A stretch of DNA of 64,000 nucleotides. It comes from a virus. The position numbers and the translations under genes are program-made. Below the pieces are notes generated by a model. It made no database searches. It was given only the letters and a program-made list of their open reading frames with translations, and had not been told where the DNA came from. Shown piece after piece: positions 26,585 through 36,128 of this stretch. The stretch spans positions 3,341 to 67,340 of the IMG/VR virus record IMGVR_UViG_3300042301_005010; one strand, written 5' to 3'. Every line of letters begins with the position of its first letter. Within the stretch, counting starts at the first letter, position 1.

Positions 26585-27958
26585 GTGGATATTTCGGCAG
26601 TTGTTGTACTGGACGAAACCACCCTCCAGGCCACGGTGAACCCACCGCCTGGGGGAGGAAATGGCGAAGGTGGCGCATCTCTGAGCGATGCCACACCCCA
26701 GGCCCTGGGCCCTGCAGCCGCTGGCACCGCTTTGACAGGCAGCCGCAGCGACCACCGCCACGCCATGCCCACGGCTGCCGAAGTTGGCGCGGACGTCAGC
26801 GGGACAGCAGCGGCGGCAGTGGCGGCCCACGCCGCCGCGGCGGACCCCCACCCCAGCTACACCACCGGAGCAGAGGCAGCGGCAGCGGCCCCGGTGCAGT
26901 CGGTGTCGTTGTCAGCGCCCAGCGGCTGGAGCACCAGCTCCACCAACACGGGCGGCGGCGTCACCCTGACACTGGGCCTCCCCACGGGATTCAGCCTGCC
27001 CTCCAACACCAGCCAGGCCAACTGGAACACTGCCTTCAGCGAGCGGCTCCGCTGGGACGGCAGCAATACGGGGCTGAATGCCGCCACGGGGCGGACATCG
27101 CTCGGGCTTGGCTCAGCCTCGCAGCGCGATGCAGGCACAGCCGCCGGGAACGTCCCGGTGCTGGATGGAGCAGGCTTGGTGCCCTCGGCACTGTTGCCAG
27201 GGTTTGTTGATGATGTTCTTGAGTTTGCGAACATCGCCGCGTTTCCTGCAACGGGCGATGCCGGGAAGCTCTACATCAGCCAGGCGACCAACCGCCAGTA
27301 TCGGTGGTCTGGGTCGGTCTATACCGAGATCAACCCGTCGCCGGGCTCTACCGATGCGATCCCACAGGGATCGGTCAATCTATATTTCACAACCGCACTC
27401 GGCCAAAGCGCTGCGTTTTCCTGGTGGTCTGGCTACCGCTCAACGATTGGCGACCAACTGGCCACCGCTGCCAATGCTGCAGCAGCCCGCACAGCCATCG
27501 GCGCAGGCACCAGCAGCCTGGTCGTCAGCAGCAGTGCCCCCCAGCCCCTGGCGGCCATCGCATCGGCAGGTAGCACAGGGCAGGCGGCAGACGCAGGGCA
27601 CGTCCACCAGCGGGACACCGATGTGCTAGTGGTCAATTTAAGCGGCAGCGCCTCCGATCCAACCGCAGCAAACACGATCGAGACGTTTAGATTTACGTTC
27701 GCTGCTGAAATCCTGGCATCAGAGCTAAGCTCTGAAACCGTGGCGTCAGGATCAGCATTTCAGGTTAATGCTCGCCTAAACGCAAGCTCAATCTATAGCG
27801 TGCGACCTCAAATAGCGATTGGAAGCACAGCTGGCAGCTCGGGGACTTTGGCAATTACAGCGGCGGCGATTGGTGACGTTTTGCGATTTGATATATCTCA
27901 GGCTGGGGGCGGGTGCCGCCTAGCAAAACTATATTTAACTATAAGGAGGACCGCGTAA
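26585..27958 (+). CDS. Fibre-like structural protein
   Basis: Ala/Ser/Thr-rich; ADPHP.Y, ART.LG, VDDVLEFAN.AAFPATG..GKLY, YRWSGS.Y fibre motifs. Confidence 0.7.
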   Translation: MDISAVVVLDETTLQATVNPPPGGGNGEGGASLSDATPQALGPAAAGTALTGSRSDHRHAMPTAAEVGADVSGTAAAAVAAHAAAADPHPSYTTGAEAAAAAPVQSVSLSAPSGWSTSSTNTGGGVTLTLGLPTGFSLPSNTSQANWNTAFSERLRWDGSNTGLNAATGRTSLGLGSASQRDAGTAAGNVPVLDGAGLVPSALLPGFVDDVLEFANIAAFPATGDAGKLYISQATNRQYRWSGSVYTEINPSPGSTDAIPQGSVNLYFTTALGQSAAFSWWSGYRSTIGDQLATAANAAAARTAIGAGTSSLVVSSSAPQPLAAIASAGSTGQAADAGHVHQRDTDVLVVNLSGSASDPTAANTIETFRFTFAAEILASELSSETVASGSAFQVNARLNASSIYSVRPQIAIGSTAGSSGTLAITAAAIGDVLRFDISQAGGGCRLAKLYLTIRRTA

Positions 27959-28629
27959 TGTCTAACAACTTTGTCCTACTTGATACCACCACAGGCTTGA
28001 TCCGCGACTACCCCCGCCGGGATGATGAGCCTGTCGAGGGCCTTGATCCTCGTTACGAGGTGCTGCGGATCGTGCGCGAGCCAGCGCCTGAATACGACCC
28101 CGCAACGCACAGCCTCGGCGAAACCCGCACCATCGACCTCGAGGCCGGGGAATGGCGCTGGGGCTGGCTGGCTGCACCGCTGCCGCCGGTGGCCCCGCAG
28201 CCGGATTGGCGCATCTTCAAACGCACGCTCCTGGCCCACCCTGCGATCAATCTGCTGTTGGGTGGCAGCTTGGCAACGGCCCCGGCGGCTGGCCTGAGCC
28301 TGCCCGCCACTCTGTTGGCCGCTGCGGGCGGTGGCGATGTAGACGACTTCCGGGGCGCATGGGTGGCGCTGCGGCGCCAAGGGCTGGTGACCCCCGAGCT
28401 GCTCCAGGAGGTGCGAGGCCTGGCTCTGACGCTGCACCTCCCCGAGGCGTTCCTGGCCGCCCTCGGCGGGGCTGCCCGTCCGTCCGCGACGGCGCTGGGG
28501 CAAGAGTGGGTTGATGCCGCCGGGGATCTGTGGGTCGTCGTGCAGGCCCGCGGCGAGGATGGTCAGTTTCTGGCCGACGACCTCACCACGCCCGAGCGTG
28601 AATCGCTGGCATGGGAGAGGCAGGCATGA
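27958..28629 (+). CDS. Fibre-associated protein
   Basis: TAATG coupling; P.YDPATH.L motif. Confidence 0.55.
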   Translation: MSNNFVLLDTTTGLIRDYPRRDDEPVEGLDPRYEVLRIVREPAPEYDPATHSLGETRTIDLEAGEWRWGWLAAPLPPVAPQPDWRIFKRTLLAHPAINLLLGGSLATAPAAGLSLPATLLAAAGGGDVDDFRGAWVALRRQGLVTPELLQEVRGLALTLHLPEAFLAALGGAARPSATALGQEWVDAAGDLWVVVQARGEDGQFLADDLTTPERESLAWERQA

Positions 28630-29501
28630 GCGTTATTTGGATTAATTCCGGGAGATTTTCGGCGGCGCCAACTCTATGGACCCTCGCAGACACAGCCACT
28701 GAGCTACTGCTGCTGCCGGACGAAGAGGGGACGATTACAGCTACATCGGGAGCGGTAAGTCAGATACGGGACTTCAAGAACAACGGCCGGGTATTTAACG
28801 GAGCTGCTGGAAGTCGGCCCACTATCACGGCAAATGCGTTAAATGGTAAGGCTTGCCTTACCTTTAACGGATCGCAATGGCTTACCTTTGCAGGCTTGGC
28901 ATCAGTATTCAATATGCTACATACAGCCGCCGGAGCTGGTTCAACGGTCGTTGCCGTGTGGAGAGCTGGAACCAACAGCAACCCTAACGCTTTTTACGGC
29001 TTGTTAGGGAACAGTGCCTTTGGAACACCAAACCATGGCTTTGCCATGGGTTTTGACGACAGGCTGAGCACTATCAGAAACGACTCGGTGCTTGCCCAGA
29101 TTGTTCGCGGCGTCTCTGGCCAGCCTACAGCGCAAAACGCATTAGCGGATAATACGCACCCAGCAAATACACCTACAATAATTGTCCATACGTCTAACCC
29201 CGCTGCATCCCTTCCAGCCGATAGGTCCATACTCAGGATCAATGGCACAGAGTTCAAAAAGAATATAGCCATAGGTGCCGCATCTACGGCAAACGCTACG
29301 CATCCGCTGCAAGTCGGTGCAGCCGGCGGCAATGTATTCCCGCTTGTCGGCGATGTATTCATGCTTGGCATTTTGCCGCCTGGCACCACCCAAGACACCA
29401 TCCTGCGGGCGGAAGGCTACGCAGCCGGCCCGGTGGCCGGGTGGAACCTGCAGAGCAACCTTGCCGCAGGGCACCCCTGGAAGTCCGCCGCCCCAACGTG
29501 A
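28626..29501 (+). CDS. Beta-sandwich (LamG/ConA-like) virion protein
   Basis: VSQ.RD...NG, RPT.....NG...L.F.G, L.AGHPWKSAAP; lower GC. Confidence 0.6.
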   Translation: MSVIWINSGRFSAAPTLWTLADTATELLLLPDEEGTITATSGAVSQIRDFKNNGRVFNGAAGSRPTITANALNGKACLTFNGSQWLTFAGLASVFNMLHTAAGAGSTVVAVWRAGTNSNPNAFYGLLGNSAFGTPNHGFAMGFDDRLSTIRNDSVLAQIVRGVSGQPTAQNALADNTHPANTPTIIVHTSNPAASLPADRSILRINGTEFKKNIAIGAASTANATHPLQVGAAGGNVFPLVGDVFMLGILPPGTTQDTILRAEGYAAGPVAGWNLQSNLAAGHPWKSAAPT

Positions 29502-29580
29502 CCCCGGCGGCCAATCCTCCCTATCACCATGCCCATACTTGACTCAGAACGCTGCAGGCCCTGTGGATCGACGAACTGAA

Positions 29581-29823
29581 ATGGTGCAGCTGGCCACTGA
29601 GCTGCTGAGTGAACAGATCCGCCCGGTGCGGATCGTGTCGATCTCCGATGCCGGTGGTGAGCCCCAAGGCGAGTTCGTATCGAACCAGACGCGATTCACC
29701 TTCAAGTTCACCAAGGGCGGAATGGTGACCTACAAGCCCAAGGGCCAGGGCGGCGGCGGCCGGGAGGACAGCGATCTCCAGGCCCGGATTGAGCGCATTA
29801 AAACCCGTCTCGGAGCATCGTGA
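29581..29823 (+). CDS. Small protein paralogous to the N-domain of 30254, ending in REDSDLQARIERIK
   Basis: Pattern similarity by eye; start may be GTG 29563. Confidence 0.6.
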   Translation: MVQLATELLSEQIRPVRIVSISDAGGEPQGEFVSNQTRFTFKFTKGGMVTYKPKGQGGGGREDSDLQARIERIKTRLGAS

Positions 29824-30257
29824 TGAACTGGCTCGATGGACTGCTGGAGCCCCTGCTGGATCGCCTCGCCCTGAAGCTGGCGCTCAAGGTCCGCGCCCAG
29901 CTGGATGGTGCGATCGATGCCGCGCTAGATCGGGCGGAAGACCGGATCGACACGGCCTTTGAGGGGCTGGAGGAGCGGCTGCAGGCAGCTGCCACAAAGC
30001 CCATCGCGGAGCTGAAAGCGGCGCTGGCGCCGGTCATCACCTTGCAGCAGCAGCTCCAGGGTGATGTCTGGTCGAATGCTGCAGAGATCCAGCAGCAGGC
30101 GATTGAGGAGGCGGCCAAAGCTGCCGGGATGATCCCAGCCAAAGAAATGGAGGGCCAGATCGGCTTCGCAGTGGCCTCGGCGCGTGCTGCCGCGGTGGAT
30201 CACCTGCGCAGCCGCTTGACGCCGCCCCGGCCGTGGAAGGAGATCCCTGATCGATGA
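29820..30257 (+). CDS. Helical hypothetical protein
   Basis: Overlaps on both sides. Confidence 0.65.
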   Translation: MMNWLDGLLEPLLDRLALKLALKVRAQLDGAIDAALDRAEDRIDTAFEGLEERLQAAATKPIAELKAALAPVITLQQQLQGDVWSNAAEIQQQAIEEAAKAAGMIPAKEMEGQIGFAVASARAAAVDHLRSRLTPPRPWKEIPDR

Positions 30258-33200
30258 GTCGCCACCAGTCCCTGCTGGATCGCCTCTCGGCCATCGAGGC
30301 CCAGCTCGTCTCGACGAACCGGCAGGCCCTGCCCCGGCGGCCCATGGCCCTGCGGCATGACGCTGGCGATCGGGTCTCCCCGGTGCTGCAGCAGCTACTG
30401 GCCGAGGTGCTTCCCGGCGCCCTGGTGCTCGACTGGCGGCAGGAGGGTGCTGCCCATGCCGGGCGGATGGCCGCCGATGGCCTGGTCTTTCAATTCCGTG
30501 TCGATGCCGAAGGCGTCGGCTATCGCCCCGCTTGGGAGGGGGTGCTGCAGCGTGGCTGGGAGCTGCGATCGGATTCGTTCCTGCAGCTGCGGGCCCCCGG
30601 CTCCCGGATGGACTTCCGCCGCACCCGGGCCGGCAGTGGCCAGAAGCGGAAATGCGCCACCGGCTACGGCTGCGGCAACGCCTGCATCTCCCTCCAGAAG
30701 GAGTGCCGGATCGCCCCCCGTTCAGCGCTCGGCAAGGGCCGCCTGCGGCGCCTCCAACAGCTGGCTGCCGCCGGCGACCAGTCGGCCGGGGCCACCGCCA
30801 GCCAGGTGCAGGCCTCCCGCGGGGCGGCCGCAGCGGCCCTGCAGAAGGACCGCACCACCCAACGGGTGCAGAAGCTGCTCGAGCGGCCGGAGATTGCCGA
30901 GTTCCTGCGCACCGGCAAGCTCCCCGCCACGGCCAACAGCTCCACCGAGCCCGGGACCGTCCGGGAGATGAAGCCAGGGGAGATCGGCTTCGATCCCTCC
31001 CGGTTCCAGTACAAGCTCAACGCCACCGCCACCACCGGCGAGGTGGGCAGCCTGTCGGGGGTGCGCAAGTGGGACGCCAACCTTTCCGGCGTGATGGCTG
31101 TCTGGAAGGACCCAGGCGACGGCAAGGTCTACGTGATCAATGGCCATAACAGGCTGGCCCTGGCCAACCGCCTGGGGGCGGAGGCCGTCACGGTGCGGTT
31201 CCTCAATGCCGCCACCGCCACCGAGGCCCGGGCGATCGGGGCCCTGCAGAACATCGCCGAAGGGGCAGGCTCCCCCATGGATGCGGCCAAATTTTTCCGC
31301 GACACCGGCATCAAAAACCAGCAGGACGTGGAGGCCCGGGGCCTGCCCCTGGGCAGCGGCCAGGCCGCGAAGGGGCTGAGCCTCAGCAAGCTCCCCGGCG
31401 ACGTGTTCAACGCCGTGGTGCGCGGGGACCTGACGGAGAACCGCGGGGCGATCATCGGCGGTAGTGGCCTCGATGACACGAAGCAGCGGGAGGTGTTCAA
31501 GATGATCGGCTCCCGCAAGGCCATCACCGATCAGACCCTGCAGGAGCTGGTGGAGCATGCCGCTGCCAGCGTGCAACGCACCCAGACCACGATGAGCCTG
31601 TTCGGCGAGACCGAGGAGGCGAAAGACAACTTGATCACCCGGGCCAAGCTCTCCGCCTCCCTGAAGGCCAAGATCAGCCGCGAGAAGAGGTTGTTCGCCA
31701 CCGTCAGCAAGGCCAAGGCCGCCACCAGCCTGACCGAGAAGGGGGGGAACGTGATCAATCAGGAGCAGAGCGCCAAGGTGGCCGGCGAGGCCAGCGAGGC
31801 CCTGGGGGTGTTCGAGCGGCTGAAGAGCAGCGCCGGCCCGATCAGCTCTGCCCTCAACCGTGCCGCCGATCGGGTGGAGGCCGGCGAGGCCGAGGCCACG
31901 GTGCGGAAGGAGCTGGAGCGCGATGTCTTCGCCGCTGTCGAGCAGGAGCTGGTGTCGGTAGGGCTGCGCAAGCGGCCCCGGGCCGACAGCCTGCAGGAAC
32001 GGATCGATGCCCTCAAACGGAAATGCAGCACCGGTTACGGCTGCGGGTCGGCCTGCATCAGCCTCCGGAAGGAATGTCGCACCACTCCCCGCAGCGCCAT
32101 CGGGAAGGAGCGCATGAAGCGGCTGCTGGCCCTGGCCCAGGGCGAAATCAAGCCCAAGGGGATAGGTGTGCCTAAAGCAGCCGAAGCGGCCACCATGGCG
32201 GCTGATCTGCAGGGTCGGCGCACCGGCCAGGCTCAGGAGCTGCGATTCCAGCGCCAGGCTGCTCGTCGAGCCAAGGCTGGTCAAGAGAAACAAACCAATC
32301 CCTACCGGCCAACTCCGCAAATTAAGGAGGGCGTCACCTTAAAGCCAATGAGCATCGCTGCAGGAGGCGATACAAACTACGATCCAGCAGTAGAGAAGAG
32401 AAAAGCAGCGGGTGGCCTGAAGTATTACCGCACCCAGCGTGGAGGAGCCACCAAGCAAAACTACTTTTTCCGGGATCGCCAGGCAGCAGAGCACTGGTAC
32501 GCAGACCACAACGCTAAAAGTGACGCGGATGCCGAGGAGGGCACCCATAATCGCCGTGGCAACGAGTGGCAGGCCGAGTACAAGGCCTCCTATGTGGGCA
32601 ATCGAAACCTTCTGCGAGACACCAGCGACCGCGAAGTGCTGGAGACAGTTGAGGCCTTTGCAGCTGCCGGCACAGCAACAAGAGGGGGGACCGCAACAGA
32701 TGTGCGCATCGGTGGCAACAAGCATTCCAGGCCGATTCGAGAGGGCACGTTTGCAAATGGGAACGCATCAGAAGGCTCACCCCAGCCGGTGCTGACCAAC
32801 CCCGGCCGCCAGGATCCCGGCCTAGCCCCCAACGCCAAGCAGCCAGGCCTCAACGCCCAGGACGTGACCACCAGCAAGCAGCAGGCCGCCTTCGCCCGGC
32901 AGCAGCAGCAGGCAGCCCAGGCCGCCGGGGATCAATCCGGGGCTCAGGCCTGGCAGAAGGAGGAGCGGACGGTGGAGCGCAACCGGCTGGCCACCGCCAT
33001 CTCCAGCAGCAAGCAGAGCCAGAGCTCGCTGTTTGGGGTCACCGAATACGACGAGACCATGCCGCTGTTCAAGGGACAACCCGCCAGCACCCCCAGCACC
33101 GGCGGAAGCCTGGCCGTCCAGTCCGGCGGTGGAGCAGCCGCCCGGCCCACGGCGGCCGGCCCTGCCTCCAAACCCGGCAGCGTCTCACAAGCCCTCAAGC

Positions 33201-33688
33201 AGACCCTGGGGGCCCTCAGGGCCGCCGACGCCCGGCAGATGGGCATGATTGCTGAGCAGCTCTTCGAGGCCGGCTGGACGATCGACCGCCGCACCCGCTA
33301 CCGGGGCATGAGCAAGGATCAGGCCCGGGAGAAGTTCAAAATCGAGTTTGCCCAGAAGATGCAGGCCCAGGCCAGCTCCCCTGAAGCTGCCGCCCGATCC
33401 GCGGCAATGCGCAACCGTGCCGGCGCCTCCGGAACGGTCTCTGGTGCCCTGAAGAGCGTGCTCGAGGACATGAAGGCCCAGGACAAGCGGCTGAACGATC
33501 TCCAGAAGCAGACGATCGACCTGCGCATCCAGGCAGAGGAGCAGTTTGGTGGTGAGGAGGGCGAAGATCAATCGCTGGGTGGTGGCCGGCCGCGGCGGCG
33601 CCTCGGCGGCGGCCGCCGCCGGGATGCCGACATCCTCGAAGCCCGGATTGACGCCCTGCGGGTCCAATGCGCCACCATGAGCCGATGA
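30254..33688 (+). CDS. Large polyvalent-type protein: two Cys modules plus a ParB/Srx-like domain; probable internal head protein
   Basis: RFQYK, VYVINGHNRLALA, ALQNIAEG; two KC.TGYGCG.ACISL.KECR modules. Confidence 0.78.
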   Translation: MSRHQSLLDRLSAIEAQLVSTNRQALPRRPMALRHDAGDRVSPVLQQLLAEVLPGALVLDWRQEGAAHAGRMAADGLVFQFRVDAEGVGYRPAWEGVLQRGWELRSDSFLQLRAPGSRMDFRRTRAGSGQKRKCATGYGCGNACISLQKECRIAPRSALGKGRLRRLQQLAAAGDQSAGATASQVQASRGAAAAALQKDRTTQRVQKLLERPEIAEFLRTGKLPATANSSTEPGTVREMKPGEIGFDPSRFQYKLNATATTGEVGSLSGVRKWDANLSGVMAVWKDPGDGKVYVINGHNRLALANRLGAEAVTVRFLNAATATEARAIGALQNIAEGAGSPMDAAKFFRDTGIKNQQDVEARGLPLGSGQAAKGLSLSKLPGDVFNAVVRGDLTENRGAIIGGSGLDDTKQREVFKMIGSRKAITDQTLQELVEHAAASVQRTQTTMSLFGETEEAKDNLITRAKLSASLKAKISREKRLFATVSKAKAATSLTEKGGNVINQEQSAKVAGEASEALGVFERLKSSAGPISSALNRAADRVEAGEAEATVRKELERDVFAAVEQELVSVGLRKRPRADSLQERIDALKRKCSTGYGCGSACISLRKECRTTPRSAIGKERMKRLLALAQGEIKPKGIGVPKAAEAATMAADLQGRRTGQAQELRFQRQAARRAKAGQEKQTNPYRPTPQIKEGVTLKPMSIAAGGDTNYDPAVEKRKAAGGLKYYRTQRGGATKQNYFFRDRQAAEHWYADHNAKSDADAEEGTHNRRGNEWQAEYKASYVGNRNLLRDTSDREVLETVEAFAAAGTATRGGTATDVRIGGNKHSRPIREGTFANGNASEGSPQPVLTNPGRQDPGLAPNAKQPGLNAQDVTTSKQQAAFARQQQQAAQAAGDQSGAQAWQKEERTVERNRLATAISSSKQSQSSLFGVTEYDETMPLFKGQPASTPSTGGSLAVQSGGGAAARPTAAGPASKPGSVSQALKQTLGALRAADARQMGMIAEQLFEAGWTIDRRTRYRGMSKDQAREKFKIEFAQKMQAQASSPEAAARSAAMRNRAGASGTVSGALKSVLEDMKAQDKRLNDLQKQTIDLRIQAEEQFGGEEGEDQSLGGGRPRRRLGGGRRRDADILEARIDALRVQCATMSR

Positions 33689-33837
33689 CCAGCACCACCC
33701 CCGCCACCCCCCAGGCCCCCCGCAGCGATGGCGAGGCCATCGACTGGGCCAACGTGGCAGTGGAGACCACCGTGATGCTGCGCTTGCAGGAGGCCCCTTC
33801 AGTGGCCGCGGCGCGCAGCCAGCGCAAGCCCCGCTGA
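33685..33837 (+). CDS. 50-aa protein with an N-proximal PRSD motif
   Basis: ATGA overlap; below the ORF-track cutoff. Confidence 0.5.
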   Translation: MTSTTPATPQAPRSDGEAIDWANVAVETTVMLRLQEAPSVAAARSQRKPR

Positions 33838-34065
33838 TCAGAGCCCCAGCAGCAGGGCCGGATCGATCGCGAGCAGCAGGCAGATGGATCGCAGCTGGCC
33901 TGGGTTTGGATCGCGCTCGCCTGAACACCACCGGCTGACGGCGCTGCGGTGCACCTCCAGCTGCTCCGCCAGCTGCTGCTGGCTGACGCCCCGCTGTCGC
34001 AAGATCACGCCCAACCGTGCACCCAACAGCCGGCGGACCATCGCGTCAGGCAGGAGTGTTGCCAT
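33838..34065 (-). CDS. XRE-family HTH regulator
   Basis: RGVSQQQLAEQLEVHRSAVSRWCSGERDP. Confidence 0.88.
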   Translation of the reverse strand: MATLLPDAMVRRLLGARLGVILRQRGVSQQQLAEQLEVHRSAVSRWCSGERDPNPGQLRSICLLLAIDPALLLGL

Positions 34066-34140
34066 GGTGCGTTTATGGCATCAACCCCATAAGCATAAAG
34101 CTGGCGGCTTCATCTTTCTGGTAGCTCCTGCTATCTGCCG

Positions 34141-35463
34141 GTGCAGTTTCGTTTCGATCGCTCAAGCCTGCCCGCCAGCTTTCTGGAAACCCCAGAGGGC
34201 TATTTGCGCGTGCGTGGGACGTTCTCCCGCAGCGGCTGCCAGACCTACACCAACCCGGATGGGTCTAAGCGGGTCGAGTATCGCCCGCCGGAGGAGGTGT
34301 CCCGCCCGGATTCCCTCCTGTCGATGGGCGGCCTGCCGGTGACGCTGGAGCATCCGCCCCAGCTGCTCACGCCCGACACCGTGCGGCAACACACCCGGGG
34401 CCACAGCGGCACCCAGGTGGAGTTCACCGACGGCTTCGTGCATGGCACCGTCACCTTGACGGATCGCGAAGCCATCGAGGCCGTCAAGCGCCGCGATGCG
34501 GTGGAGCTCTCTGTGGGCTACCGCTGCGACTACGACCCCACCCCAGGCACAGCCCCCGATGGCACCCGATACGACGGGGTGCAGCGCAACATCAGCGGCA
34601 ATCACCTAGCCGTCACCCGTCAGGCCCGCGCGGGCTCCGAAGTGCGGCTGCACTTCGACTCCGCCGATGCCGACGACCCGCCGATTGTTGCCGTCTCCGC
34701 CGATCTCCTCCCTTCCCTCCCTGAGGCCACCCCCATGCCCGCCCCCGCTCAAACCTCTGACCGTGCCGACATGAAGAACCCCCCCGCCAAAGCCGACGCC
34801 AAGGCCAAGGCCAAGGCCAAGGCCGAGGAGGAGATGGACCCTGAAGCCATGGAAGGCGACGACGGCATGGCCGGTGACGACGACCAGGAGAAGGAAGACG
34901 GCTACGACATGGCCAAGGGCAAGAAGACCCGTGGCGACTCTGCCACCCCCGGCCGCAACGTGCCCTGGGAGGTTTACAAAGCCACCGTCGATGATCTGGC
35001 CGCCGCTGAGTTGCGGTTCGACAGCCTCTCCGTGCAGCTCTCTGAGCTGGAGCAGCTGGTGGCTGAGCGCACCGATTCTTCTCCCGAGCCCGATCCTGAG
35101 CTGATCCAGCAGCTGGTGGCCGAGCGGGTCGATGTGCTGGAGAAGGCCGGCATGCTCTCCGGCAAGCGGGAGCGCCATGACGGCCTCTCCAACCGCGAGG
35201 TGATGGAGCTGGCCCTCGAGGCTGCTGAGGTGCGGATCGACGGGATCGAGGACCGCAGCGACGAATACGTCGCTGCCCGTTTCGATGCCGCCTACGAGAC
35301 CGCCGCAGCGATCCCCTACTTCCCCGGTGCCGCCAACCTGCTGGCCCGCCAGCTGCAGGGCATCACCACCCCCCGCAGCGACAGCAGCGGCGACGGCATC
35401 GCTGCAGCCGCGGCGGAGCACCAGCAGGCGGTGGCGAATGCCTGGCAGGCCACGGCCGCCTGA
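34141..35463 (+). CDS. DUF2213 prohead protease-scaffold
   Basis: TPEGYL, YRPPEEV, PVTLEHP, ELSVGY, Q.NI.GNHLAV...RAG; acidic/coiled C-terminal half. Confidence 0.9.
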   Translation: MQFRFDRSSLPASFLETPEGYLRVRGTFSRSGCQTYTNPDGSKRVEYRPPEEVSRPDSLLSMGGLPVTLEHPPQLLTPDTVRQHTRGHSGTQVEFTDGFVHGTVTLTDREAIEAVKRRDAVELSVGYRCDYDPTPGTAPDGTRYDGVQRNISGNHLAVTRQARAGSEVRLHFDSADADDPPIVAVSADLLPSLPEATPMPAPAQTSDRADMKNPPAKADAKAKAKAKAEEEMDPEAMEGDDGMAGDDDQEKEDGYDMAKGKKTRGDSATPGRNVPWEVYKATVDDLAAAELRFDSLSVQLSELEQLVAERTDSSPEPDPELIQQLVAERVDVLEKAGMLSGKRERHDGLSNREVMELALEAAEVRIDGIEDRSDEYVAARFDAAYETAAAIPYFPGAANLLARQLQGITTPRSDSSGDGIAAAAAEHQQAVANAWQATAA

Positions 35464-35509
35464 TTCCGTTCCCGCCCTTCCCTGACCCCCTTTCCTTCGC
35501 ATCAGACCC

Positions 35510-36073
35510 ATGGCCCAGACCTTCACCAATAACGCCGGCACCGTTTTCGCCGGTGTTGGCCGCGACTACCCCATGCAGATGGGCATCGGCCGCATCGGTG
35601 AGCTCGCCGACATCAGCAACAGCACCATCATCAGCGGCAATAACGAAACGACCGCCCGTATCCTCTTTGGCATCCCGCTCATCCGGAACGGCTCTGGCGT
35701 CCTGCCCAACTCTGTCACCCCTGCGGTGGCCGCCTCCACGATCTTTGGCTTGAGCGTCCTGACCGACGTCCATGAGGTTTCCCACCGCCAGGCAGCGACG
35801 CCGTATCAGGAGGGCATCGAGCCCAACGATGCGGTGAACGTCCTGAAGGTCGGCGCCATCTACATCGATTGCTGGGAATCTCTCGCCCCCGGCAACGCCC
35901 TGCGCTACTTCAAGAGCGGCATCTACGCGGGCCGCTGGGGCAAAACCGCCAGCACCGGCAACAGCCTCAACTTCTCCGCCGGTGGCTGGGAGATCGAGCG
36001 TCCGGCGGCTGCTGGTGGCCTGGCCATCGTGCGCTTCAACACCCCGGCGGCTCTGGTTGTCACCGCTGACTGA
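35510..36073 (+). CDS. Head decoration/cement protein
   Basis: Lies between protease and capsid; I.FG, VNVLKVG.IY. Confidence 0.7.
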   Translation: MAQTFTNNAGTVFAGVGRDYPMQMGIGRIGELADISNSTIISGNNETTARILFGIPLIRNGSGVLPNSVTPAVAASTIFGLSVLTDVHEVSHRQAATPYQEGIEPNDAVNVLKVGAIYIDCWESLAPGNALRYFKSGIYAGRWGKTASTGNSLNFSAGGWEIERPAAAGGLAIVRFNTPAALVVTAD

Positions 36074-36128
36074 TCACTCCCCCTGACCCGATCACCATCA
36101 CCCCCTGCCCTCCTCCCGGAGACGACCC

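Noticed and set aside
30722-32320. Long antisense ORFs (also 44831-45949, 46064-47143, 20143-21123, 50333-51298)
   Set aside because: Shadow frames of high-GC genes, with no recognisable motifs.
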